Positions 15,201 through 29,113 of a stretch of DNA of 64,000 nt are shown piece after piece; positions within the stretch are counted from its first letter, which is position 1; every line of letters begins with the position of its first letter. Source of the stretch: Eledone cirrhosa (Eukaryota); the NCBI GenBank assembly GCA_964016885.1, contig CAXHJY010001253.1, positions 1-64,000 of the forward strand, written 5' to 3'. A program made the translations under genes and the position numbers. Below the pieces are notes generated by a model that was not told the origin of the DNA, did not search any database, and saw nothing but the letters and a program-made list of their open reading frames with translations.

Positions 15201-15613
15201 TAATTACAGATCGATCCGACCACGGGCGGCCGGCCCGCGATTGAAAAGGTAACTCCGCCGGCAAATCGTCATTTTTGGATTCGTTTTCTTCGAAGCACAC
15301 CATTCGCCGGCGGACTTTGTTGACGTTTAACACGGTTTGGTTCCACAGCCACAACTATTGATTTTACGGAGATATCTTGCTGAAATTCACGCCACACATA
15401 GCCAATGAGTGTCTGCACATGTACCAGTAATTACAGATCGATCCGACCACGGGCGGCCGGCCCGCGATTGAAAAGGTAACTCCGCCGGCAAATCGTCATT
15501 TTTGGATTCGTTTTCTTCGAAGCACACCATTCGCCGGCGGACTTTGTTGACGTTTAACACGGTTTGGTTCCACAGCCACAACTATTGATTTTACGGAGAT
15601 ATCTTGCTGAAAT
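12209..15613 (+). repeat. 9-monomer (2043-bp) period; also 38378-42463
   Basis: Variant monomers recur at +2043: 12663/14706 and 12890/14933; 38605/40648, 38832/40875 and 39513/41556. Confidence 0.85.
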
Positions 15614-15840
15614 TCACGCCACACATAGCCAATGAGTGTCTGCACATGTACCAGTAATTATAGATCGATCCGACCACGGGCGGCCGGCCCGCGATTGAAA
15701 AGGTAACTCCGCCGGCAAATCGTCATTTTTGGATTCGTTTTCTTCGAAGCACACCATTCGCCGGCGGACTTTGTTGACGTTTAACACGGTTTGGTTCCAC
15801 AGCCACAACTATTGATTTTACGGAGATATCTTGCTGAAAT

Positions 15841-17656
15841 TCACGCCACACATAGCCAATGAGTGTCTGCACATGTACCAGTAATTACAGATCGATCCGA
15901 CCACGGGCTGCCGGCCCGCGATTGAAAAGGTAACTCCGCCGGCAAATCGCCATTTTTGGATTCGTTTTCTTCGAAGCACACCATTCGCCGGCGGACTTTG
16001 TTGACGTTTAACACGGTTTGGTTCCACAGCCACAACTATTGATTTTACCGAGATATCTTGCTGAAATTCACGCCACACATAGCCAATGAGTGTCTGCACA
16101 TGTACCAGTAATTACAGATCGATCCGACCACGGGCGGCCGGCCCGCGATTGAAAAGGTAACTCCGCCGGCAAATCGTCATTTTTGGATTCGTTTTCTTCG
16201 AAGCACACCATTCGCCGGCGGACTTTGCTGACGTTTAACACGGTTTGGTTCCACAGCCACAACTATTGATTTTACGGAGATATCTTGCTGAAATTCACGC
16301 CACACATAGCCAATGAGTGTCTGCACATGTACCAGTAATTACAGATCGATCCGACCACGGGCGGCCGGCCCGCGATTGAAAAGGTAACTCCGCCGGCAAA
16401 TCGTCATTTTTGGATTCGTTTTCTTCGAAGCACACCATTCGCCGGCGGACTTTGTTGACGTTTAACACGGTTTGGTTCCACAGCCACAACTATTGATTTT
16501 ACGGAGATATCTTGCTGAAATTCACGCCACACATAGCCAATGAGTGTCTGCACATGTACCAGTAATTACACATCGATCCGACCACGGGCGGCCGGGCCGT
16601 GATTGAAAAGGTAACTCCGCCGGCAAATCGTCATTTTTGGATTCGTTTTCTTCGAAGCACACCATTCGCCGGCGGACTTTGCTGACGTTTAACACGGTTT
16701 GGTTCCACAGCCACAACTATTGATTTTACGGAGATATCTTGCTGAAATTCACGCCACACATAGCCAATGAGTGTCTGCACATGTACCAGTAATTACAGAT
16801 CGATCCGACCACGGGCTGCCGGCCCGCGATTGAAAAGGTAACTCCGCCGGCAAATCGCCATTTTTGGATTCGTTTTCTTCGAAGCACACCATTCGCCGGC
16901 GGACTTTGTTGACGTTTAACACGGTTTGGTTCCACAGCCACAACTATTGATTTTACCGAGATATCTTGCTGAAATTCACGCCACACATAGCCAATGAGTG
17001 TCTGCACATGTACCAGTAATTACAGATCGATCCGACCACGGGCGGCCGGCCCGCGATTGAAAAGGTAACTCCGCCGGCAAATCGTCATTTTTGGATTCGT
17101 TTTCTTCGAAGCACACCATTCGCCGGCGGACTTTGCTGACGTTTAACACGGTTTGGTTCCACAGCCACAACTATTGATTTTACGGAGATATCTTGCTGAA
17201 ATTCACGCCACACATAGCCAATGAGTGTCTGCACATGTACCAGTAATTACAGATCGATCCGACCACGGGCGGCCGGCCCGCGATTGAAAAGGTAACTCCG
17301 CCGGCAAATCGTCATTTTTGGATTCGTTTTCTTCGAAGCACACCATTCGCCGGCGGACTTTGTTGACGTTTAACACGGTTTGGTTCCACAGCCACAACTA
17401 TTGATTTTACGGAGATATCTTGCTGAAATTCACGCCACACATAGCCAATGAGTGTCTGCACATGTACCAGTAATTACACATCGATCCGACCACGGGCGGC
17501 CGGGCCGTGATTGAAAAGGTAACTCCGCCGGCAAATCGTCATTTTTGGATTCGTTTTCTTCGAAGCACACCATTCGCCGGCGGACTTTGCTGACGTTTAA
17601 CACGGTTTGGTTCCACAGCCACAACTATTGATTTTACGGAGATATCTTGCTGAAAT
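15841..17656 (+). repeat. 4-monomer (908-bp) tandem duplication; also 45188-47003
   Basis: GGGCTGCC/CGCCAT monomers at 15841/16749. TACACATC+GGGCCGTG monomers at 16522/17430. Confidence 0.87.
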
Positions 17657-20600
17657 TCACGCCACACATAGCCAATGAGTGTCTGCACATGTACCAGTAA
17701 TTACAGATCGATCCGACCACGGGCGGCCGGCCCGCGATTGAAAAGGTAACTCCGCCGGCAAATCGTCATTTTTGGATTCGTTTTCTTCGAAGCACACCAT
17801 TCGCCGGCGGACTTTGTTGACGTTTAACACGGTTTGGTTCCACAGCCACAACTATTGATTTTACGGAGATATCTTGCTGAAATTCACGCCACACATAGCC
17901 AATGAGTGTCTGCACATGTACCAGTAATTATAGATCGATCCGACCACGGGCGGCCGGCCCGCGATTGAAAAGGTAACTCCGCCGGCAAATCGTCATTTTT
18001 GGATTCGTTTTCTTCGAAGCACACCATTCGCCGGCGGACTTTGTTGACGTTTAACACGGTTTGGTTCCACAGCCACAACTATTGATTTTACGGAGATATC
18101 ATGCTGAAATTCACGCCACACATAGCCAATGAGTGTCTGCACATGTACCAGTAATTACAGATCGATCCGACCACGGGCGGCCGGCCCGCGATTGAAAAGG
18201 TAACTCCGCCGGCAAATCGCCATTTTTGGATTCGTTTTCTTCGAAGCACACCATTCGCCGGCGGACTTTGTTGACGTTTAACACGGTTTGGTTCCACAGC
18301 CACAACTATTGATTTTACCGAGATATCTTGCTGAAATTCACGCCACACATAGCCAATGAGTGTCTGCACATGTACCAGTAATTACAGATCGATCCGACCA
18401 CGGGCGGCCGGCCCGCGATTGAAAAGGTAACTCCGCCGGCAAATCGTCATTTTTGGATTCGTTTTCTTCGAAGCACACCATTCGCCGGCGGACTTTGCTG
18501 ACGTTTAACACGGTTTGGTTCCACAGCCACAACTATTGATTTTACGGAGATATCTTGCTGAAATTCACGCCACACATAGCCAATGAGTGTCTGCACATGT
18601 ACCAGTAATTACAGATCGATCCGACCACGGGCGGCCGGCCCGCGATTGAAAAGGTAACTCCGCCGGCAAATCGTCATTTTTGGATTCGTTTTCTTCGAAG
18701 CACACCATTCGCCGGCGGACTTTGTTGACGTTTAACACGGTTTGGTTCCACAGCCACAACTATTGATTTTACGGAGATATCTTGCTGAAATTCACGCCAC
18801 ACATAGCCAATGAGTGTCTGCACATGTACCAGTAATTACAGATCGATCCGACCACGGGCGGCCGGCCCGCGATTGAAAAGGTAACTCCGCCGGCAAATCG
18901 TCATTTTTGGATTCGTTTTCTTCGAAGCACACCATTCGCCGGCGGACTTTGTTGACGTTTAACACGGTTTGGTTCCACAGCCACAACTATTGATTTTACG
19001 GAGATATCTTGCTGAAATTCACGCCACCCATAGCCAATGAGTGTCTGCACATGTACCAGTAATTACAGATCGATCCGACCACGGGCGGCCGGCCCGCGAT
19101 TGAAAAGGTAACTCCGCCGGCAAATCGTCATTTTTGGATTCGTTTTCTTCGAAGCACACCATTCGCCGGCGGACTTTGCTGACGTTTAACACGGTTTGGT
19201 TCCACAGCCACAACTATTGATTTTACGGAGATATCTTGCTGAAATTCACGCCACACATAGCCAATGAGTGTCTGCACATGTACCAGTAATTACAGATCGA
19301 TCCGACCACAGGCGGCCGGCCCGCGATTGAAAAGGTAACTCCGCCGGCAAATCGTCATTTTTGGATTCGTTTTCTTCGAAGCACACCATTCGCCGGCGGA
19401 CTTTGTTGACGTTTAACACGGTTTGGTTCCACAGCCACAACTATTGATTTTACGGAGATATCTTGCTGAAATTCACGCCACCCATAGCCAATGAGTGTCT
19501 GCACATGTACCAGTAATTACAGATCGATACGACCACGGGCGGCCGGCCCGCGATTGAAAAGGTAACTCCGCCGGCAAATCGTCATTTTTGGATTCGTTTT
19601 CTTCGAAGCACACCATTCGCCGGCGGACTTTGCTGACGTTTAACACGGTTTGGTTCCACAGCCACAACTATTGATTTTACGGAGATATCTTGCTGAAATT
19701 CACGCCACCCATAGCCAATGAGTGTCTGCACATGTACCAGTAATTACAGATCGATCCGACCACGGGCGGCCGGCCCGCGATTGAAAAGGTAACTCCGCCG
19801 GCAAATCGTCATTTTTGGATTCGTTTTCTTCGAAGCACACCATTCGCCGGCGGACTTTGTTGACGTTTAACACGGTTTGGTTCCACAGCCACAACTATTG
19901 ATTTTACGGAGATATCTTGCTGAAATTCACGCCACACATAGCCAATGAGTGTCTGCACATGTACCAGTAATTACAGATCGATCCGACCACGGGCGGCCGG
20001 CCCGCGATTGAAAAGGTAACTCCGCCGGCAAATCGTCATTTTTGGATTCGTTTTCTTCGAAGCACACCATTCGCCGGCGGACTTTGTTGACGTTTAACAC
20101 GGTTTGGTTCCACAGCCACAACTATTGATTTTACGGAGATATCTTGCTGAAATTCACGCCACACATAGCCAATGAGTGTCTGCACATGTACCAGTAATTA
20201 TAGATCGATCCGACCACGGGCGGCCGGCCCGCGATTGAAAAGGTAACTCCGCCGGCAAATCGTCATTTTTGGATTCGTTTTCTTCGAAGCACACCATTCG
20301 CCGGCGGACTTTGCTGACGTTTAACACGGTTTGGTTCCACAGCCACAACTATTGATTTTACGGAGATATCTTGCTGAAATTCACGCCACACATAGCCAAT
20401 GAGTGTCTGCACATGTACCAGTAATTACAGATCGATCCGACCACAGGCGGCCGGCCCGCGATTGAAAAGGTAACTCCGCCGGCAAATCGTCATTTTTGGA
20501 TTCGTTTTCTTCGAAGCACACCATTCGCCGGCGGACTTTGTTGACGTTTAACACGGTTTGGTTCCACAGCCACAACTATTGATTTTACGGAGATATCTTG

Positions 20601-22650
20601 CTGAAATTCACGCCACCCATAGCCAATGAGTGTCTGCACATGTACCAGTAATTACAGATCGATCCGACCACGGGCGGCCGGCCCGCGATTGAAAAGGTAA
20701 CTCCGCCGGCAAATCGTCATTTTTGGATTCGTTTTCTTCGAAGCACACCATTCGCCGGCGGACTTTGTTGACGTTTAACACGGTTTGGTTCCACAGCCAC
20801 AACTATTGATTTTACGGAGATATCTTGCTGAAATTCACGCCACACATAGCCAATGAGTGTCTGCACATGTACCAGTAATTACAGATCGATCCGACCACGG
20901 GCGGCCGGCCCGCGATTGAAAAGGTAACTCCGCCGGCAAATCGTCATTTTTGGATTCGTTTTCTTCGAAGCACACCATTCGCCGGCGGACTTTGTTGACG
21001 TTTAACACGGTTTGGTTCCACAGCCACAACTATTGATTTTACGGAGATATCTTGCTGAAATTCACGCCACACATAGCCAATGAGTGTCTGCACATGTACC
21101 AGTAATTATAGATCGATCCGACCACGGGCGGCCGGCCCGCGATTGAAAAGGTAACTCCGCCGGCAAATCGTCATTTTTGGATTCGTTTTCTTCGAAGCAC
21201 ACCATTCGCCGGCGGACTTTGTTGACGTTTAACACGGTTTGGTTCCACAGCCACAACTATTGATTTTACGGAGATATCTTGCTGAAATTCACGCCACACA
21301 TAGCCAATGAGTGTCTGCACATGTACCAGTAATTACAGATCGATCCGACCACGGGCTGCCGGCCCGCGATTGAAAAGGTAACTCCGCCGGCAAATCGCCA
21401 TTTTTGGATTCGTTTTCTTCGAAGCACACCATTCGCCGGCGGACTTTGTTGACGTTTAACACGGTTTGGTTCCACAGCCACAACTATTGATTTTACCGAG
21501 ATATCTTGCTGAAATTCACGCCACACATAGCCAATGAGTGTCTGCACATGTACCAGTAATTACAGATCGATCCGACCACGGGCGGCCGGCCCGCGATTGA
21601 AAAGGTAACTCCGCCGGCAAATCGTCATTTTTGGATTCGTTTTCTTCGAAGCACACCATTCGCCGGCGGACTTTGCTGACGTTTAACACGGTTTGGTTCC
21701 ACAGCCACAACTATTGATTTTACGGAGATATCTTGCTGAAATTCACGCCACACATAGCCAATGAGTGTCTGCACATGTACCAGTAATTACAGATCGATCC
21801 GACCACGGGCGGCCGGCCCGCGATTGAAAAGGTAACTCCGCCGGCAAATCGTCATTTTTGGATTCGTTTTCTTCGAAGCACACCATTCGCCGGCGGACTT
21901 TGTTGACGTTTAACACGGTTTGGTTCCACAGCCACAACTATTGATTTTACGGAGATATCTTGCTGAAATTCACGCCACACATAGCCAATGAGTGTCTGCA
22001 CATGTACCAGTAATTACACATCGATCCGACCACGGGCGGCCGGGCCGTGATTGAAAAGGTAACTCCGCCGGCAAATCGTCATTTTTGGATTCGTTTTCTT
22101 CGAAGCACACCATTCGCCGGCGGACTTTGCTGACGTTTAACACGGTTTGGTTCCACAGCCACAACTATTGATTTTACGGAGATATCTTGCTGAAATTCAC
22201 GCCACACATAGCCAATGAGTGTCTGCACATGTACCAGTAATTACAGATCGATCCGACCACGGGCGGCCGGCCCGCGATTGAAAAGGTAACTCCGCCGGCA
22301 AATCGTCATTTTTGGATTCGTTTTCTTCGAAGCACACCATTCGCCGGCGGACTTTGTTGACGTTTAACACGGTTTGGTTCCACAGCCACAACTATTGATT
22401 TTACGGAGATATCTTGCTGAAATTCACGCCACACATAGCCAATGAGTGTCTGCACATGTACCAGTAATTATAGATCGATCCGACCACGGGCGGCCGGCCC
22501 GCGATTGAAAAGGTAACTCCGCCGGCAAATCGTCATTTTTGGATTCGTTTTCTTCGAAGCACACCATTCGCCGGCGGACTTTGTTGACGTTTAACACGGT
22601 TTGGTTCCACAGCCACAACTATTGATTTTACGGAGATATCATGCTGAAAT

Positions 22651-25600
22651 TCACGCCACACATAGCCAATGAGTGTCTGCACATGTACCAGTAATTACAG
22701 ATCGATCCGACCACGGGCGGCCGGCCCGCGATTGAAAAGGTAACTCCGCCGGCAAATCGCCATTTTTGGATTCGTTTTCTTCGAAGCACACCATTCGCCG
22801 GCGGACTTTGTTGACGTTTAACACGGTTTGGTTCCACAGCCACAACTATTGATTTTACCGAGATATCTTGCTGAAATTCACGCCACACATAGCCAATGAG
22901 TGTCTGCACATGTACCAGTAATTACAGATCGATCCGACCACGGGCGGCCGGCCCGCGATTGAAAAGGTAACTCCGCCGGCAAATCGCCATTTTTGGATTC
23001 GTTTTCTTCGAAGCACACCATTCGCCGGCGGACTTTGTTGACGTTTAACACGGTTTGGTTCCACAGCCACAACTATTGATTTTACGGAGATATCTTGCTG
23101 AAATTCACGCCACCCATAGCCAATGAGTGTCTGCACATGTACCAGTAATTACAGATCGACCCGACCACGGGCGGCCGGCCCGCGATTGAAAAGGTAACTC
23201 CGCCGGCAAATCGTCATTTTTGGATTCGTTTTCTTCGAAGCACACCATTCGCCGGCGGACTTTGCTGACGTTTAACACGGTTTGGTTCCACAGCCACAAC
23301 TATTGATTTTACGGAGATATCTTGCTGAAATTCACGCCACACATAGCCAATGAGTGTCTGCACATGTACCAGTAATTACAGATCGATCCGACCACGGGCG
23401 GCCGGCCCGCGATTGAAAAGGTAACTCCGCCGGCAAATCGTCATTTTTGGATTCGTTTTCTTCGAAGCACACCATTCGCCGGCGGACTTTGTTGACGTTT
23501 AACACGGTTTGGTTCCACAGCCACAACTATTGATTTTACGGAGATATCTTGCTGAAATTCACGCCACCCATAGCCAATGAGTGTCTGCACATGTACCAGT
23601 AATTACAGATCGATCCGACCACGGGCGGCCGGCCCGCGATTGAAAAGGTAACTCCGCCGGCAAATCGTCATTTTTGGATTCGTTTTCTTCGAAGCACACC
23701 ATTCGCCGGCGGACTTTGCTGACGTTTAACACGGTTTGGTTCCACAGCCACAACTATTGATTTTACGGAGATATCTTGCTGAAATTCACGCCACCCATAG
23801 CCAATGAGTGTCTGCACATGTACCAGTAATTACAGATCGATCCGACCACGGGCGGCCGGGCCGTGATTGAAAAGGTAACTCCGCCGGCAAATCGTCATTT
23901 TTGGATTCGTTTTCTTCGAAGCACACCATTCGCCGGCGGACTTTGTTGACGTTTAACACGGTTTGGTTCCACAGCCACAACTATTGATTTTACGGAGATA
24001 TCTTGCTGAAATTCACGCCACCCATAGCCAATGAGTGTCTGCACATGTACCAGTAATTACAGATCGACCCGACCACGGGCGGCCGGCCCGCGATTGAAAA
24101 GGTAACTCCGCCGGCAAATCGTCATTTTTGGATTCGTTTTCTTCGAAGCACACCATTCGCCGGCGGACTTTGCTGACGTTTAACACGGTTTGGTTCCACA
24201 GCCACAACTATTGATTTTACGGAGATATCTTGCTGAAATTCACGCCACACATAGCCAATGAGTGTCTGCACATGTACCAGTAATTACAGATCGATCCGAC
24301 CACGGGCGGCCGGCCCGCGATTGAAAAGGTAACTCCGCCGGCAAATCGTCATTTTTGGATTCGTTTTCTTCGAAGCACACCATTCGCCGGCGGACTTTGT
24401 TGACGTTTAACACGGTTTGGTTCCACAGCCACAACTATTGATTTTACGGAGATATCTTGCTGAAATTCACGCCACACATAGCCAATGAGTGTCTGCACAT
24501 GTACCAGTAATTACAGATCGATCCGACCACGGGCGGCCGGCCCGCGATTGAAAAGGTAACTCCGCCGGCAAATCGTCATTTTTGGATTCGTTTTCTTCGA
24601 AGCACACCATTCGCCGGCGGACTTTGTTGACGTTTAACACGGTTTGGTTCCACAGCCACAACTATTGATTTTACGGAGATATCTTGCTGAAATTCACGCC
24701 ACACATAGCCAATGAGTGTCTGCACATGTACCAGTAATTATAGATCGATCCGACCACGGGCGGCCGGCCCGCGATTGAAAAGGTAACTCCGCCGGCAAAT
24801 CGTCATTTTTGGATTCGTTTTCTTCGAAGCACACCATTCGCCGGCGGACTTTGTTGACGTTTAACACGGTTTGGTTCCACAGCCACAACTATTGATTTTA
24901 CGGAGATATCTTGCTGAAATTCACGCCACACATAGCCAATGAGTGTCTGCACATGTACCAGTAATTACAGATCGATCCGACCACGGGCTGCCGGCCCGCG
25001 ATTGAAAAGGTAACTCCGCCGGCAAATCGCCATTTTTGGATTCGTTTTCTTCGAAGCACACCATTCGCCGGCGGACTTTGTTGACGTTTAACACGGTTTG
25101 GTTCCACAGCCACAACTATTGATTTTACGGAGATATCATGCTGAAATTCACGCCACACATAGCCAATGAGTGTCTGCACATGTACCAGTAATTACAGATC
25201 GATCCGACCACGGGCGGCCGGCCCGCGATTGAAAAGGTAACTCCGCCGGCAAATCGCCATTTTTGGATTCGTTTTCTTCGAAGCACACCATTCGCCGGCG
25301 GACTTTGTTGACGTTTAACACGGTTTGGTTCCACAGCCACAACTATTGATTTTACCGAGATATCTTGCTGAAATTCACGCCACACATAGCCAATGAGTGT
25401 CTGCACATGTACCAGTAATTACAGATCGATCCGACCACGGGCGGCCGGCCCGCGATTGAAAAGGTAACTCCGCCGGCAAATCGCCATTTTTGGATTCGTT
25501 TTCTTCGAAGCACACCATTCGCCGGCGGACTTTGTTGACGTTTAACACGGTTTGGTTCCACAGCCACAACTATTGATTTTACGGAGATATCTTGCTGAAA

Positions 25601-27644
25601 TTCACGCCACCCATAGCCAATGAGTGTCTGCACATGTACCAGTAATTACAGATCGACCCGACCACGGGCGGCCGGCCCGCGATTGAAAAGGTAACTCCGC
25701 CGGCAAATCGTCATTTTTGGATTCGTTTTCTTCGAAGCACACCATTCGCCGGCGGACTTTGCTGACGTTTAACACGGTTTGGTTCCACAGCCACAACTAT
25801 TGATTTTACGGAGATATCTTGCTGAAATTCACGCCACACATAGCCAATGAGTGTCTGCACATGTACCAGTAATTACAGATCGATCCGACCACGGGCGGCC
25901 GGCCCGCGATTGAAAAGGTAACTCCGCCGGCAAATCGTCATTTTTGGATTCGTTTTCTTCGAAGCACACCATTCGCCGGCGGACTTTGTTGACGTTTAAC
26001 ACGGTTTGGTTCCACAGCCACAACTATTGATTTTACGGAGATATCTTGCTGAAATTCACGCCACCCATAGCCAATGAGTGTCTGCACATGTACCAGTAAT
26101 TACAGATCGATCCGACCACGGGCGGCCGGCCCGCGATTGAAAAGGTAACTCCGCCGGCAAATCGTCATTTTTGGATTCGTTTTCTTCGAAGCACACCATT
26201 CGCCGGCGGACTTTGCTGACGTTTAACACGGTTTGGTTCCACAGCCACAACTATTGATTTTACGGAGATATCTTGCTGAAATTCACGCCACCCATAGCCA
26301 ATGAGTGTCTGCACATGTACCAGTAATTACAGATCGATCCGACCACGGGCGGCCGGGCCGTGATTGAAAAGGTAACTCCGCCGGCAAATCGTCATTTTTG
26401 GATTCGTTTTCTTCGAAGCACACCATTCGCCGGCGGACTTTGTTGACGTTTAACACGGTTTGGTTCCACAGCCACAACTATTGATTTTACGGAGATATCT
26501 TGCTGAAATTCACGCCACCCATAGCCAATGAGTGTCTGCACATGTACCAGTAATTACAGATCGACCCGACCACGGGCGGCCGGCCCGCGATTGAAAAGGT
26601 AACTCCGCCGGCAAATCGTCATTTTTGGATTCGTTTTCTTCGAAGCACACCATTCGCCGGCGGACTTTGCTGACGTTTAACACGGTTTGGTTCCACAGCC
26701 ACAACTATTGATTTTACGGAGATATCTTGCTGAAATTCACGCCACACATAGCCAATGAGTGTCTGCACATGTACCAGTAATTACAGATCGATCCGACCAC
26801 GGGCGGCCGGCCCGCGATTGAAAAGGTAACTCCGCCGGCAAATCGTCATTTTTGGATTCGTTTTCTTCGAAGCACACCATTCGCCGGCGGACTTTGTTGA
26901 CGTTTAACACGGTTTGGTTCCACAGCCACAACTATTGATTTTACGGAGATATCTTGCTGAAATTCACGCCACACATAGCCAATGAGTGTCTGCACATGTA
27001 CCAGTAATTACAGATCGATCCGACCACGGGCGGCCGGCCCGCGATTGAAAAGGTAACTCCGCCGGCAAATCGTCATTTTTGGATTCGTTTTCTTCGAAGC
27101 ACACCATTCGCCGGCGGACTTTGTTGACGTTTAACACGGTTTGGTTCCACAGCCACAACTATTGATTTTACGGAGATATCTTGCTGAAATTCACGCCACA
27201 CATAGCCAATGAGTGTCTGCACATGTACCAGTAATTATAGATCGATCCGACCACGGGCGGCCGGCCCGCGATTGAAAAGGTAACTCCGCCGGCAAATCGT
27301 CATTTTTGGATTCGTTTTCTTCGAAGCACACCATTCGCCGGCGGACTTTGTTGACGTTTAACACGGTTTGGTTCCACAGCCACAACTATTGATTTTACGG
27401 AGATATCTTGCTGAAATTCACGCCACACATAGCCAATGAGTGTCTGCACATGTACCAGTAATTACAGATCGATCCGACCACGGGCTGCCGGCCCGCGATT
27501 GAAAAGGTAACTCCGCCGGCAAATCGCCATTTTTGGATTCGTTTTCTTCGAAGCACACCATTCGCCGGCGGACTTTGTTGACGTTTAACACGGTTTGGTT
27601 CCACAGCCACAACTATTGATTTTACCGAGATATCTTGCTGAAAT
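22651..27644 (+). repeat. 11-monomer (2497-bp) tandem duplication; another 11-mer at 41329-46322
   Basis: The variant series is repeated from 22651 and 25148 (23786/26283, 24694/27191, 24921/27418). Confidence 0.87.
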
Positions 27645-28484
27645 TCACGCCACACATAGCCAATGAGTGTCTGCACATGTACCAGTAATTACAGATCGAT
27701 CCGACCACGGGCGGCCGGCCCGCGATTGAAAAGGTAACTCCGCCGGCAAATCGTCATTTTTGGATTCGTTTTCTTCGAAGCACACCATTCGCCGGCGGAC
27801 TTTGCTGACGTTTAACACGGTTTGGTTCCACAGCCACAACTATTGATTTTACGGAGATATCTTGCTGAAATTCACGCCACACATAGCCAATGAGTGTCTG
27901 CACATGTACCAGTAATTACAGATCGATCCGACCACGGGCGGCCGGCCCGCGATTGAAAAGGTAACTCCGCCGGCAAATCGTCATTTTTGGATTCGTTTTC
28001 TTCGAAGCACACCATTCGCCGGCGGACTTTGTTGACGTTTAACACGGTTTGGTTCCACAGCCACAACTATTGATTTTACGGAGATATCTTGCTGAAATTC
28101 ACGCCACACATAGCCAATGAGTGTCTGCACATGTACCAGTAATTACACATCGATCCGACCACGGGCGGCCGGGCCGTGATTGAAAAGGTAACTCCGCCGG
28201 CAAATCGTCATTTTTGGATTCGTTTTCTTCGAAGCACACCATTCGCCGGCGGACTTTGCTGACGTTTAACACGGTTTGGTTCCACAGCCACAACTATTGA
28301 TTTTACGGAGATATCTTGCTGAAATTCACGCCACACATAGCCAATGAGTGTCTGCACATGTACCAGTAATTACACATCGATCCGACCACGGGCGGCTGGC
28401 CCGCGATTGAAAAGGTAACTCCGCCGGCAAATCGTCATTTTTGGATTCGTTTTCTTCGAAGCACACCATTCGCCGCCGGACTTC

Positions 28485-28516
28485 AGCTGCCTCATTTAGC
28501 ATGGGCAGTTTTTTTT
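28485..28516 (+). terminator. Terminator-like hairpin plus T-tract in tail-B (example copy; one per B monomer)
   Basis: AGCTGCC(T)CAT-TTAGC-ATGGGCAG followed by T8 (or TTTTTCTT). The shape is clear, but there is no evidence of transcription. Confidence 0.2.
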
Positions 28517-29113
28517 GAAAATCACACCACACACAACCAATGTGTGTCTGCACATGTACCAGTAATTACAGATCGATCCCACCACGGGCGGCCGGCCCAC
28601 AATCGAAAAGGTTACTCCGCCTGCAAATCGTCATTTTCGGATTCGTTTTCTTCGAAGCACACCATTCGCCGGCGGACTTCAGCTGCCTCATTTAGCATGG
28701 GCAGTTTTTCTTGAAGATCACACCACACACAGCCAATGAGTGTCTGCACATGTACCAGTAATTAGAGATCGATCCGACCACGGGCGGCCGGCCCACGATC
28801 GAGAAAAAGGTAACTCCGCCGGCAAATCGTCATTTTTGTGATCCGTTTTCTTCGAAGCACACCATTCGCCGCCGGACTTCAGCTGCCTCATTTAGCATGG
28901 GCAGTTTTTTTTGAAAATCACACCACACACAACCAATGTGTGTCTGCACATGTACCAGTAATTACAGATCGATCCGACCACGGGCGGCCGGCCCGCGATT
29001 GAAAAGGTAACTCCGCCGGCAAATCGTCATTTTTGTGATTCGTTTTCTTCGAAGCACACCATTCGCCGCCGGACTTCAGCTGCCTCATTTAGCATGGGAG
29101 TTTTTTTTGAAAA

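Larger units (their letters stand above)
1..28325 (+). repeat. Homogeneous type-A block 1: partial unit plus 124 x 227-bp monomers
   Basis: Unit starts (TCACGCCAC) at 178, 405, 632 ... 28099; next start is 28326. (28326-178)/227 = 124 exactly. Only substitutions are seen. Confidence 0.98.
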
